DNA of 64,000 bases, from contig OZ037839.1 in NCBI GenBank assembly GCA_964035575.1, positions 930,001 to 994,000 of the forward strand, in the 5' to 3' direction. Shown piece after piece: positions 1 through 13,310 of the stretch. Source of the stretch: Rhynchopus sp. YZ270_cl-10. Lineage: Eukaryota. The notes beneath the pieces are model-generated. The model was not told the DNA's origin. It worked only from the letters and a program-made list of their open reading frames with translations, and did no database searches. Position 1 is the first letter of the stretch. Every line of letters starts with the position of its first letter. Made by a program: the position numbers and the translations under genes.

Positions 1-895
1 CGCAATTAAAAGATATCGACTCGGAAACCCATCCCCGCTGGGTTTTGAAAACTTTTGATGTCGTTGGTTCACCTCAGATGTGTGAGGGCCTCGACCAAAA
101 CCAGTTTTTCCAGTTTTCGGGTATAAGCCTGGGCGGTAGTATTTTACAAAAAAATCCTCAAAATTCAAAAAAAACTGTTCGAATGGATTCAGATCGTGCA
201 AAACAGTCAAAATATCACTTTTGACAAAGAAAAAAAAGTGATCCTCACTGTTACGCAGCCACCCTCCTGACCCCCCTGGAACCTGGTTTTTGTGTGGGGG
301 GTTCCCTGTACAAAGTCTTAAGGGAAGTCTGAAGGGGTACTGGTTGGTGGCCATTTTTTGCCTACAAAAAATCAGGAAAAAAAATTTTTTTTTTCGGTTC
401 TCGGGAGTCTGTGCGTGCTGTGATGGCGTCACTTTGCGCTCAGAAATGAGTATTTTTGACCTAAAATGCATGTGTCAGTTTAGACTGGCTGTACGCCGTT
501 TTCCACGGTGTACAGCCACAACTACCCATGTACAGAAGAATTTTTAACTTCTACTCATTTCCAGAAATCGTGCGACCCCGCAATTAAAAGATATCGACTC
601 GGAAATCCATCCCCGCAGGGTTTTAATTTTTTTTTTAAATTTCGGTGCGTCGCATTCATGCAATTCATTTCCGACTTTTTGGGATTCACCAATCTGGAGT
701 TCAAAAAAATATTTTTATTATTTTTATTTTTATTTCTTTGCATTCCGCTGCTCAAAATCTTTCAATTGCGGGGTCGGACAATTTTTTTTGACCATCAGTT
801 TTTTGTTCAACGAACCTTGGGAGAAAAGTCCCGGTGGTTCAGTTATTGACTGATATATTTTTGTAATTTCTTTTTTTTTTTTACTATTTGTATAC

Positions 896-1621
896 CGATG
901 ACGTTACATCTAAGTCCACTTTACGTGCAGCAGCCAGCGCCTTCGCGGCTTCTTCCCATCGTTCGCAGAAGCATAGTGTCACTGCATCGCGTGCAATGAA
1001 GAAGGACGAGGCGTAGGTCACTTTGCATCGCCCCCAGTGTTTGAGGGCGTTCACGGACTGTTGACAGGCAGCCTTGACTTTGTTCCGTCTGAAGAAGTAG
1101 TTCGAGAGGTTTGTCGCGACTGCAGCACGGAAGAAGGCGCTGTGGTGCGGCAGCTCCACCAGCTTGGCCGCCTCCTCTGCCTGCTTGAAGAGCTGGAACG
1201 CCTTCGCAAGGATCCCTTCACGGTTTGCCTTCGACGCCACTGTACGCGACTCTTTCAAGAAGAAGGTGGCAAAGTTGAGTGTCGTGAGTACGTGATGCTT
1301 CACTGCGGCAGTATACTGAAAGTCGTCGTCGCTGAAAACACAGCGTCGGAGGTGAAGACATTGTGCCAGTGTGTCGAGACATTCTTGCCAATATCCTCCA
1401 GAGCGTTGCTCGCGGGCTCGTTTATTCCGTGCCTTGATTAGATCGAGGGGCTGCCGGAACGTCTCGTTCTTCGTGGTCAGCACGTCATAGTACTCGTTGA
1501 AAACATCGTCGGAGCTGAACAGAAGCGGTAACGTGTCACGTTCGTATTCACTGTTTAACACACCTTCCAACCATATAGGCCGCACACCCTCGGGAAGCGA
1601 GAGAACCTGCCCTCCAGCCAT
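896..1621 (-). CDS. Hypothetical helical/TPR-like protein, first exon (gene continues beyond the window start)
   Basis: Open frame from MAGGQVLSLPEG (ATG 1621), preceded by a pyrimidine-rich TTTTAG acceptor. Ends at a GTATAC donor at 895. Helical TPR-like pattern (AAVATNLSNYFFRRNKVKAACQ). Confidence 0.7.
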
Positions 1622-3530
1622 GCCAAAACAACAACGTATGAACCACCTAAAACCGGAAAATGTGGATGTGGATTGGGAGGCGTGGGTGGGGTGGGGGGGC
1701 GGGAGGCGTCTGTAGTGGATATAAAGAGAAAATGGGTGCTGGAACATATAAAGTAGAACTATTGTTTCTTAGACTTGGGGTCAGAACGACGTGGTGGGGG
1801 CCTGTGGGGTGGGAAGCAGCAGTATCCATGATTTTCGGTCACTTTGAAAAATCATGAAAAAGCAGGGCCTTCAACGTGTCGAAGTTAAGCCTTAACTTCG
1901 ACAACTTTTTTTTTTTGGTTTTTTTTTTTGTCGAAGTTCGACAAATCTAAAAAAAATATGGGATTTTGGCAAAATCCTTTTATTTCTGACCGAGTTGCAG
2001 GGTAGTCCACGGGAGAAACTCGGTTCAGGGTTTTAACTTTAACATTTTCCTGTGATCCACTGTGACCATTTGGACAGAGCTCGTAGAAACCAACGAGGAG
2101 TGAGCCAGACAAAAGTAGCGTACCGTGCGCCTGCGGCGCAAGCAGGCATCCCACCCTTCCCATGACATAGTTTGGCTGTAAATAAAGCGCCATGGTATGC
2201 GCAATATTTGAAATGTTGCGTACCGTGGCTTCGCCAGGGACTTTCGTTGTTATAAATGTACTGAGCTTACTGATAAGACAGGTGTGATACCCACTACGGC
2301 TTGTGGATCACCAGTGGCTACAAAGCTACCAATGCTGCTTGTGTTGAAACACACGTGTGTGGGACAGGCGGATTTTTTTGGCTGACCGAGTTTTCAAAAA
2401 TGACCAAAACCTGTATAAACCCCTGAGAGCTTCTCCCTGTGATTTGCTACACCCGCGCGCGCGAAGCGCGCGCGGGCTCGGGGAGGTCAGTTTTTTTTTT
2501 TTTTTTTTACTTCGACAAAACCAGGGCAGGAGCTTGGAATATGGGTTTGGGGCAAAATCGGGTCAAATTCTGTTAAATCGGGTCAGGTCCCGAGCGAAGG
2601 CGGAAAAGCTCTTGTGAAGACAAACACATGCAGAATGAGAAGGCGCGTTTCACAAAATGGTACACGTTGATGATACACAAGTGTTGCACCACCCCCGCGG
2701 AATGCATGTTGCCCTTGACACTGGCGATGAGGTCATCAAGGTAGGGTTGCGCAATGGAGGTGTGCAATGTGTGTATAGGCCCTCGCCAGTTCAGGTACTC
2801 TCTCTGGGCAGGTGTACCCTTCGAGCAAACGTCGGAGGGCGTTCCGTATCCCCGGCAACACTTGTCACTGTCTGAGCCCCTCTTTTGGTGTGTCACCCAG
2901 CGAGTTGATCCAATATCTGGATCGTCAGCTCGCGCCAGTAACCAACGGCTAGGTCGAGTTCGGCATCCCTCTTGGGTTCGGGTTTGATCGGGGTGGAGCG
3001 CGCGTTTGAGGGCATTCTGGCTTCATTGAGCTTCGTGCTCGTCGCGGTGGGGTCACATAGTAGTTCCTCATCCTTCTCAGACCCCCTCATGCGACAAGTA
3101 GAGTACCCTATTTTTTGGATTTTCCCCTCAAAAATCTATAGTTTTTTTTTTTTTTTTGCCCTGACCCGTTTTTTTCCATGGGGCCGAAGGAAATCGGGTC
3201 AATCTGACCCGATTTAACCCCCAAGCTCCTCCCCTGGACAAAACTGTGGACAGACTTTGTCGATGGTTGAAGGCCCTGTGAAAAAGCGCGTAAAAAAAAA
3301 ACGCCATTGTACAAGGTCATTATTGCATTTTTTCATTTGAGGCCCAAAAAAAAAGGCACAAATCCAGTGCGGGGCGTGACAATTTGTGAAGAAATTTTTT
3401 TCTGAGTTACACCTGTGCCGCTTCTGAGCTCAGAGGGCATTATAAATATTTGCTAATTTTTCGCACAGTTGACACACTGAGCACGGTACCCCTACTGCCC
3501 CTGCTTGTCCCCGTCCTTTTGTGCATTGCA

Positions 3531-4882
3531 TCAAAACCCTTCTCTCTCTTGTCCTGCTTTCAATGCAATACATTGTCTTGCACTTCCAGACACGTCTGTT
3601 CGTACTGCCTCAAAAGCTTCTATCCGCACATCTTCGAACTGTTCCGTAAACCTTGCGTAAATCTCACGCACACGTACATAGAAGGCCTCCTTGTAGGTGC
3701 TCATTCTAGGGTCTCCATTCGGGAGAGACAACATCTCGTCAATGTCGATGTTGCCTGGCAAGACGACTGTTGTGAGTGCGTTGCAGTTGAGCAGGAAGTC
3801 GTGCCGGATCTCTGTGTCCCTGCCAAAACCGACATGTCCAGCGTGGCCAAGGATGTGCAATCTTGCAGGAAAAGTGTATCAATCAGCCTAACATTGCTCA
3901 TTCCTGAGAAGTCTGCTGTTGTCAACGCGGAGCACTCTTCCATCCAGCCTTCCTCAATGTGTGTGATGCTGCGCAACACTGATAAATCAACTGTTTGCAA
4001 TGATGAACACTGATAAAGAAAACTGCTCCCGATGACCGCGACACTGCCAAAAGCTGAGAGGTCGATACTTCCCAGCGAGGTGCAGCTCGCAAGAAATTCG
4101 CGACCCACCTTCACAACTTTGTGCAGTGCTGTCAAGTCAATCGTTTCCAACGAGGTGCAGCCCGTACAAAACTGATTCCCAATTTCTGTCACATTCGTCA
4201 TCCCTGAAAAGCTGATGGTGGTCAACGACTCGCAGTAGGAGAGAAAGTTGTAGCCGATCTTCGTGACACTGCAAAAAGATGACAAATCAATGGTTGCCAA
4301 CGAGGTGCAGTTCTGGAGGAAGTGGTCCTCAATGTGTGTGATTCTGCGCCATCCTGAGATGTCAATCCTTTCCAACGACACGCAGGAGTAAAGAAAGCCT
4401 GCACCAACCTCCGTCACACTCGTCATCTCGGATAAGTCAAGCTTTGTGACGCCACTTCCTTCTAGGAAGCTATGCCCTATCACCGTCACACCAGACACAG
4501 CAGAGAGATCAAGTCTCGTAAACGATGCTTCGCTCAAGAACTGGTTTGGAATAACAGTCGCAACCTCCGCCTGAAGAAGCAGAGAAGCCACCTCAGGATC
4601 CTTCACAGTCGCCAACCTCGCTTCGGAAATGTCTGTCTCACCCAAGGCACGAAGTGTCTCAACAGATTGGTACTTGGTAGTTTTCGTCAACACGACTGTG
4701 TCTCCAGCACTCAGTTCTGTGATGTCCTCTCCTTCCTCCTTCCCTCCGAAGCCCATGCGGAAGCTGTCTTCGCACAACCCTGTTGCAGACGCCACCTTCT
4801 GCCGCATCGTCTCCGTTGTGTCTTTCTCACCCACCTCAATCACGAATTTGTTTTCATCATATCCCTGCACACACAGTTCCAT
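3531..4882 (-). pseudogene. UBL + BspA-type LRR protein, copy A (1-bp frameshift near 3830)
   Basis: Starts MELCVQGYDE with a UBL-like domain, then ~25-aa LRRs (VTxIGxxFLxxCxSLxxIDLS). Reads AAAACCGACATG on + where paralogues read AAAACCTGACATG; the C-terminus continues in ORF 3531..3860. Could be a sequencing error. Confidence 0.8.
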
Positions 4883-5779
4883 TGTTTCGAGTGAAGTGTT
4901 GCTCTGTTGTGGGGTGGTGTTGAGAAGGAGGAGGAGGGGAGGTACATTTTGTACTTTCTTCTGTATCTCCGTTATTGTGTTGTCGTGCAGCGAGCACATC
5001 CTCACGACAGAGCTAAGCATTGCTCCCGACACAAAACCCACAGGTTCGAGCTCTCCTGGTTGGTCACATCCACATCACAACCGTTGTCGGCACAGCATCG
5101 GCACCAATCAAAATTGTGGAGTAAAATAAAAAATAGCAAATTTCTGGCAATTTGAAAAACTGTAGGGGTTGACTTTTTTGTTTTGTTTGTCTTTTGCTGA
5201 ATGAATGTGAAATCAAGAAAATGTGGTACATACCCCCAAAAAAAAAACTACCCGTGCCCCGTTTTTTCCACCATTTTGTACATCTGCGAAACTTTTGTTT
5301 CGCATTTTTAAAATGATCTCAAAAACTGGACACACCTAGGTACCTGAGTGTGCCCATATTCTAGGTGGATGTATGTCCAGCACGCGACAGTGTACCTCAC
5401 AATGGAGAAAGTCCCAATGCGGGGGGTGCGGTACAGTAGAAAAATACAACATTTTTTTTTTAGACAGTTAGATTCAGGGCTATTTCTAAAAACCTGTCCC
5501 TGTCCCTGATTTTTGGAAAATGAAAGTTGCCAAAAAATTTGCACGGGGCTTATATACAGGGCTGCCAAAAAATTTGCACGTACTTCAGTACTTACCAAGA
5601 GAGGGGGATGGGCTTTCTGCTTGAAGAAAGTTGCCGATTTTTTTTGTGTTGAAAAGTTTTCTTCCAGATTGTGCAAATAACGGGGGTTTTGGTGGATTCT
5701 GAAAAATCCTAGAGGGCGCACCAGGCCGCGTGCCGGAGGCGCTATGAGGGGGTTTCTTAGAAAACTTGTTCTCTACACT

Positions 5780-6300
5780 AGCATCACTGGCACCGTACTC
5801 ATTTTAACAAAAACCAAGAACTTGCCCAATTCTGCAAATTGACCCCACCACAGAACGGACGGATTCTGGAAATGCAAATACCGGTGTTTTCGCGCATTTT
5901 CATGTTTCAGCATCTGGGGGAGAAAATCTGGGTTGTGGGATTTACCTTGGCTCCTTTGCCTTACACTCATTTTGACCAAAACCAAGAACTTGGCCATTTC
6001 GGCAAATTGACCCCACCACAGCGCGGACAGATTCCGGAAATGCCAATCGCGGTATGTTTTGGGGCTGAAAAATTTTCAGGGTAAAATTTTTTTGAGCAGC
6101 ATTTTTTGGCCGAAAATGGGCTCCACGTATTAGTGACCGGGCTCATATTTTCAAAAAATTTAAGTGGTCAAAAAATTGTCCAATTTTCGAGATTGCCCCC
6201 ACCACTGCGCGGGTGAATCCCAAAAATGCAAATAAGGACGTTTTTGGCACAAAATAAATCTGCCAAAAAATTTGTGTCCCGGATTGGATTTTGGGCCCCC
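5780..6300. repeat. Dispersed repeat family with GACCCCACCAC...GGATTCCG units
   Basis: Three tandem ~150-190 bp units here. Related sequence at ~8030-8170 and, inverted, at ~28170-28290. Confidence 0.6.
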
Positions 6301-6564
6301 CGGACCCCATATTTAGAAATAGCCCTGGTTAGATTTGAGTTAGGCTATTGGGGTTTGGCCAATTCTGGTTAGAGTCGTTGTGTTCGCGTGTGTAAAAGCC
6401 ACAGCGGACGGCGTTATCCTCATTGCCAACGCACTCCCACAACGAGAGACATGTGCATCGATCTTTGCGTATCTTCCCGTGTGGAGTAACCCAGGCAAGA
6501 TGGAGAAAAGGGAAGCAAAATTAGATGGCACCTTTCGTTTGTGGAAGTGGGTTCAAGGCGGTTG

Positions 6565-7647
6565 TCAGATCTCAACAATCTCAACACCCTCACCCCTGCC
6601 GTGCATCACCACTCCGCCACAGCTGCTAATGGCAACGCCGTAAGAACTCTTGATCTGCTTTTCAAATTCACGGTGCATCAGTAGTTCCCCTGTTGTGATG
6701 GACCACACGCACAATACTTTAGAAGTGTAGGCAGCAACAACGTCGTTGGACACAGCAACATCAACCCAGTCGTTATCTGAGACGTCTTCAAATACACATT
6801 CACCTGTTTCGATGTTCCAGACACGCACACAGTTGGTGCAAAACGCCGCAATAAAACGCTGGTTTGGTGTCAGTGCCACATACACAACACGTAAAGGGCA
6901 CGTCAGAACAAGCACCTCCACCCCTGTCGTGTAGTCCCAGACGGTAAGTAGGTCGCTGTCCTCCCCACACATTGCCACCCTGTCGCCTGTCACTACCATG
7001 ACGCAGTCGCTCTCCACAATGTGGCTCCATTCACGCACAACAACACCTGTTGCAATGTCCCACACCTGCAAACCCTTGTTCTTGCAGCACGACAACAGCT
7101 TTGTTCCACAGGGTGACCATGCCGTGGTCTTCCTCTTCTCACCTTCATCTCCAAAGGAGTGCTTCAATGCACCTGTCTTCACGTCATGAACTTCAGCACA
7201 CTCCGTGTCCTTGTTGACGGATGACACCCACTCACTGCAAGGTGAAAATGCTGGGAAACAAGTCAACTTTGCAGGAAAGCTGCACAGACTCTCATGTGTT
7301 ACCGTGTCGAAGATGGACAGATTCCCCACATCCCACATCACTGCAAGGTACCTATCACACGGGGAGAGTGTAAGCAAGAAGGTGTCATTCGAACCTTGTA
7401 TCACCCCAGGAGTGATATCGGCACCAGTGCAGTACAGCTCAACGGCACATCCCTCATCCATCTCCGTGTCGCAGATGCGCAAGTCGTCGTTGCCGATGTC
7501 GCCACCGCCTCTCATCCGCACACCAACACGCCGAGCACGTGGCACGCCAAGCTCCGCAAGAAGCTTCCCCTTCACCTGCGCAAGGGTGTCGCTCCCGTCC
7601 ACTTCTATCACACAGCTTGCAGACTCAAAGTGTCCTGTGATGTCCAT
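6565..7647 (-). CDS. UBL + WD40 beta-propeller protein, copy 1
   Basis: MDITGHF start; UBL pattern VIEVDGSDTLAQVKGKL; WD repeats (AWSPCGTKLLS, LQVWD, VRVWN); intronless. Confidence 0.85.
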   Translation of the reverse strand: MDITGHFESASCVIEVDGSDTLAQVKGKLLAELGVPRARRVGVRMRGGGDIGNDDLRICDTEMDEGCAVELYCTGADITPGVIQGSNDTFLLTLSPCDRYLAVMWDVGNLSIFDTVTHESLCSFPAKLTCFPAFSPCSEWVSSVNKDTECAEVHDVKTGALKHSFGDEGEKRKTTAWSPCGTKLLSCCKNKGLQVWDIATGVVVREWSHIVESDCVMVVTGDRVAMCGEDSDLLTVWDYTTGVEVLVLTCPLRVVYVALTPNQRFIAAFCTNCVRVWNIETGECVFEDVSDNDWVDVAVSNDVVAAYTSKVLCVWSITTGELLMHREFEKQIKSSYGVAISSCGGVVMHGRGEGVEIVEI

Positions 7648-9375
7648 CTTCAGGGGGGGTAACTCTGTTCTGTGGAGACGGTGTGGGGAGGGCAGGTAGA
7701 AAACAAGAACTAATGACTCAAAAGGAAAAAGCGTAAGGGCAAACAAACTTTTTTTATGCGTTCGCGTCCTGCCTGCCTAGGTTTTTTTGAGATTTTTGGG
7801 GAAAAAAGTTTTTTCAATTTTTTTGTGTTGGGGCTGTGTCAGGGTGTTTCCTAATTTGCTTCCGCTTCCGGTCTTTGGAAAAAAGTGCCAGGGAAAAAGT
7901 TTGCGGAAAAATTAGGGACGTGTTTAAAGTGCTTATTTTTTGGAATTTTCCCGAAAAAGGTATGTTGGGTACCGTGCGCCTGCGGCGTTGCCTGTTCCTA
8001 CCAGTTTCTACAGGCAAACACTTGGCCCCCTTTACCTTACCTGACGGGTTTTGACCACAAGCAAGAACTTGTCCATTTTGGCAAATTGACCCCACCACTG
8101 GACGGACGGATTCCGAAAATGCAAATGCCGGCGTTAAAAGCTTCACCAGCACCACTGTACTGTGGCCTGGGTACTCATCCGGGGGAAAAAGTGCTCACCT
8201 GCTATTTTATACTTTAGGTGGTTCCATTTTGGGAAATATGAGAAAATAGTCAAAACCAGTGTCAATAGGAAAAAAAAAGAGAAAAAACCGACTCCGGAGG
8301 GTCAACTCCCGGGTTCAGCAAGCACATTTTAAAAAAAACTTTTTTTTGAAACAAACTTTTTTTTGCCTGCCTGCCTAGGTTTTTCTGGGTACCCTCAGGA
8401 CGCGAACGCAAACGAAAAGTTTGTCTGCCCTAAGGACAACTGCACAGAAGAAAACTGCCATGGGTATCCCGGGCACAACACAAACGTCGGAGCTGGTACG
8501 ACGGACCGTGTTCCTCTTAAATACAAAGACGTGTACGACGCCCACGACCGGGTGCCCTCCACGTCGTGAGCTGCACCTAAAATTGCATCCGGGGGTCGTT
8601 TTGTGACTTCTTCCAGAAACACTGCGAAGGTCTTAAAAAGTTCTAGGATGGCCAACCCGGGAAACGAAGGTGGTCACGCACTGTGGAGGTACACACCCGA
8701 TCCCTCATGAAGTCAACCTGGGTATTTGAAAATAATAAAAACCTACATTCTCGAACTTTTCTACCGACGTGCTTTTTATTGGACGCATCACCAACGTAGG
8801 TCCCCTCTGTAAGTGTTGATTGTATGGAGCAATGAAAGGGAAGCAATACTTACTCCTCTTCGCCCCAAGAATCTGTTTTACACCCTGAGCACAGCACCAC
8901 TTGACCACCACAGGTTAAACGAGTGGAACACATTGAACAAAAACTGTTTTACACCCTGAACTCCACCTGACCAGAACCTTCAAGAGGTAAGGCCATTCAA
9001 CGGGTGATCCGCGCTCACGGGTGATTCACTGAAACAAAGCGGTGAGTCAGGTCCACTAGGCCACTAAGGACCCTCAACTAATGGAACAAAAATGAAAAAA
9101 AAACAATGTTTTTTCTGAAATGTGATGTTGTTGGGGTGGGGAGAATAAAACAGTTCCAAGAAAAGCTCCTGCGTCGGTTTTCTTTTGGTTTAAAAAATAT
9201 CATGACTGACCCCGCCCCCAAACCATCCTAACAAGTTCGTACAGTAATCAGCTAAGCAAATCAGAAACGTAAACAGCACTGGCTCCCGAGAGTCAACATA
9301 CTTAGTAGTACATGCAGCACAGTCGTCATTATTCTGTCCATTCAGGAGAACAGCGAATGACCGCGATCGTGCAAT

Positions 9376-10464
9376 TCAAGACAGGTGTGAGATGTCAACG
9401 ATTTCAACATCCTCGCTCGCGTACATCACCACACCGCCACAGCTGCTGATGGCAAGACCGTAATTGAACTCACCAACTGCTCCCACATCACGCTGCAAGA
9501 GCTTCAAACATGTTGTGATGGACCACAAGCACAATACTTTAGAAGTGTAGGCAGCAACAACGTCGTTGGACACAGCAACATCACTCCAGTCGTTATCTGA
9601 GACGTCTTCAAATACACATTCACCTGTTTCGATGTTCCAGACGTGCACACCGTTGGTGCAACAGGCTGCAATGAAACGCTGGTTTGGTGTCAGTGCCACG
9701 TAATCGACATCAGAATGGCATGTAAAAACTAACACCTCCACCCCTGTCGTGTAGTCCCAGATGGCGATACGTCTGCTTTCCTCCCCAAACATTGCCACCC
9801 TGTCGTCTGTCACAATCATCTGCGACACGCCGTCCATGCTGTCCCATTCACGCACAACAACACCTGTTGCAATGTCCCACACCTGCAAACCCTTGTTCTT
9901 GCAGCACGACAACAGCTTTGTTCCACAGGGTGACCATGCCGTGGTCTTCCTCTTCTCACCTTCATCTCCAAAGGAGTGCTTCAATGCACCTGTCTTCACG
10001 TCATGAACTTCAGCACAATGCGTGTTCTTGTTGATACACGAGATCCACTCACTGCAAGGTGAGAAGGATGGGATGGAATCAGGCCGGCTAGGGAAGCTGC
10101 ACAGACGTTCATGTGTTTCCGTGTCGAAGATGGACACACCATTCCCGAAAGTCATCACTGCAAGGTACCTATCACACGGGGAGAGTGCAAGCGAGAAAGC
10201 GTCTTCCGAACCTTGTATCACCCCAGGAGTGATATCGGCACCAGTGCAGTACAGCTCAACGGCACATCCCTCATCCATCTCCGTGTCGCAGATGCGCAAG
10301 TCGTCGTTGCCGATGTCGCCACCGCCTCTCATCCGCACACCAACACGCCGAGCACGTGGCACGCCAAGCTCCGCAAGAAGCTTCCCCTTCACCTGTACAA
10401 GGGTGTCGCTCCCGTCCACTTCTATCACACAGCTTGCAGACTCAAAGTGTCCTGTGATGTCCAT
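9376..10464 (-). CDS. UBL + WD40 beta-propeller protein, copy 2
   Basis: Direct paralogue of 6565-7647 with an almost identical UBL domain and 5' leader. Confidence 0.85.
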   Translation of the reverse strand: MDITGHFESASCVIEVDGSDTLVQVKGKLLAELGVPRARRVGVRMRGGGDIGNDDLRICDTEMDEGCAVELYCTGADITPGVIQGSEDAFSLALSPCDRYLAVMTFGNGVSIFDTETHERLCSFPSRPDSIPSFSPCSEWISCINKNTHCAEVHDVKTGALKHSFGDEGEKRKTTAWSPCGTKLLSCCKNKGLQVWDIATGVVVREWDSMDGVSQMIVTDDRVAMFGEESRRIAIWDYTTGVEVLVFTCHSDVDYVALTPNQRFIAACCTNGVHVWNIETGECVFEDVSDNDWSDVAVSNDVVAAYTSKVLCLWSITTCLKLLQRDVGAVGEFNYGLAISSCGGVVMYASEDVEIVDISHLS

Positions 10465-11470
10465 CTTCAGGGGGGGTAACTCTGTTCTGTGGAGACGGTG
10501 TGGGGAGGGCAGGTAGAATAGGGGCGGGGGTGGTGTATGCTGAGGAAACAAGACATCTATCTCTACGAACCTTCCCTGAGGCCACTTCTCACCACCCCCT
10601 GGCAAGGTACAGGAAAGACACGCAAAACTGATGGTAAAATGGCACCTGCTCGATCACAAGCCAGGACTCTCGCAGTTGTCGGCGTGGGGGAGGAAAGGGG
10701 GGAACTTCTATCAGCCCAGAAAGCAGTATCGAACTTCCACTGCCACCTGTTGCGCAATGCCTTCCAGACGACCCCCGTCTCAGCCACGCAGGTTGCCTCT
10801 GCATTCAGCAACATGCGTGTATTCAATGAATCAGCGTAGCTTCGATGGGTGGAATGCCTCTTGACTGTAGCTTAGACTGCGGTGAGACTCTACCCCCAAC
10901 TACAACTAACCCAGTTAGACGGTTAAGCTTTGGCTAAAATTTGGTTTTGCGACCCTTATCATGCGTCTAACAACAGTCTAATCACTTAGTAATAACTTTA
11001 TCTAGGCTGCACTGTACATTTGTCACACTGCAAGGAATTGTGCGAGGATTTGGGAATGCTTTTAAAAAAAAATACAAGAACTACGAATCGTTTCCTAGGG
11101 GAAGGGGGGAGAAGGAGCTATAGATGTCATTGGGGGAGGGAGGGGGAGATATGAAAATAAGGCGTTTCCGGGGGTGGGGAAAGACATCGGTTAAAAAAGG
11201 TTGGTTTGCAAATCTTCGAAGCCCCTCTTGTGTGTCTTTGGTGCACAGGGCGCATTTAGTGCAGAGGGGTTTGGGGGGAAAAAGAAGCTGCCGAAAAAGA
11301 AAAAGGTTAATGTACAGGAGAGACAAAAATGGGAATACGATCTCTCACTCGCATGACACACTGCTGGAAGTAAATGATTCAGCTTAAGGAAGCCACACAC
11401 TGCGCCCACAAAGGGTGTTTTTAATAGTAGTTTGCTTTGCTGGATCTGCGGAATTGCTTTCATGAGACTC

Positions 11471-11506
<36 letters not shown>

Positions 11507-11679
11507 TTGCATCGACGATTCACGTATCCATTGGGTCATCTACACCAAAAGGGCCAAATACATTTCAAAAAGTGTGGCAATAGACATCAACACAATAAAA
11601 TTCCTTTGACAAGATAACACATGGCCAAACAAAACAAATAAAAAAGATATTACACCCCAAAAAGAGTCCCCCAAGCAAC

Positions 11680-13272
11680 CTATTGTTTCCCCAGCGGAAC
11701 GACTGAAGTGAATGAGTAGTCAGCGTTCCTGTGTAAATAATGTTTTTTTTTAAATTAATACAGAGAAACAAAGAGGGGGAGAGATCCGGAAAGGTTTGTA
11801 AGATGAACCTAAGCCTTTCTATGCTGAGGGACCGCGTTGTACCAAAAAACAAAATGGTTTAGGACATCAAAACTGATGCAAAAAAAATAGAAAACTGTGA
11901 CGATCATATGAGCAAAAAAGGATTAACCTTTAGACCCGAAGCCAGATTTTCGACCCACTTTTGAGTTTTGGTTTTGGGTTACTGATAAGGCTAACACACT
12001 CCCCACCTGCCTTTTGTGCATCAGGGGGAGAAGCGCCACGCCTCCCTGCACTGGCAGGGAGTCGCGCGCGCGAAGCGCGCGCAGCGACCGCTTTTACGGG
12101 GGGAAAGCTCGGGACCCCAAATGACCCCCGGCAAGAGCCCTGACGACATATCGGGAAAATTTTTTTCCCCCCCCCACAAAAAAGTCAAAAAACAGCCCAA
12201 AAACTATAAAAAAACAGGGAATTTTTTGGATTTCGGAATTTGGCCAAAAAGGGACGGATTTAGAGATATCCTTGGTCGTAATTCCATATTGTCACAATGA
12301 TTGATCCCGTTAACGAGATCTCCCCTAAATAGGCGAAAGTTTTCCTTTTTACAATACGGTCTTCGGACCAAAATTGAAAACACATAAATCCTATTTTTTA
12401 CCATCCACACACCCTCCCCCCCCCCCCGGGCCCCCCCCCCTATAGGGGGTCCGACTCCCATGTAAATTTTTGTCCATTTAATTATTTTTTCAGCATTGGG
12501 CCATTTCCCGGGCACCCCCGGGTGAATCCTGCCCCCAAAATAGGGTTTCTGGGCCCTGTGGGGCTAAATTCACCCTCTAGGTACCCCAAAATATGAAAAA
12601 AATTGAAAAATATGGTGAAAAATCGGGTTTTTGGCCTTTTGGGCACTATGGCCAGTTTTGACTAAATTTCCAAAAAAAAAATCAAAAAAAGCCCCAAGAA
12701 TAGACGGAAAAAGGAGTCTCTGGCCACAATTTCGGCCCAAAAATGTGTTTTGAGTCCATTGCAAACGGTTTTTCGCCTTTTTGCCACTTTTTTTGACGAT
12801 TTTTTGGTGTTTTTAGGTGCAAAAACAACCCCAGAACAACCCCAGAACAACCTCAGAACACTTTTTCACCACATTCTGGATCAATATCTAGCCGAACTTT
12901 TTGCTGAAAACCTCCGAAAAACCACCCCTGTAAGTCAGATTATACCGAATGTTGCTCCAATTCCCACAATAACACCCAAATCTACGGCAGAAAATCGGGG
13001 AAAAAAACACACTTTTTTCAAAAGGTCGTCAGGCAGGGTTCCATCCCAGAACAACCCCAGAACACTTTTTCACCACATTCTGGGTCAATATCTAGCCGAA
13101 CTTTTTGCTGAAAACCGCCGAAAAACCACCCCTGTGAGTCAGATTATACCGAATGGTGCTCCAATTCCCACAATAACACCCAAATCTACGTCAGAAAATC
13201 GGGGGAAAAAAACACACTTTTTTCAAAAGGTCGTCAGGCAGGGTTCCATAATGAGCTTTTTGAAAAAAGTGT

Positions 13273-13310
<38 letters not shown>

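Noticed and set aside
2600..3105. Short ORFs in a GC-balanced island
   Set aside because: No recognisable domain or consistent frame; may be a decayed element.
8390..9080. Possible coding remnant (FVCPKDNC)
   Set aside because: Frames are broken and no family could be assigned.
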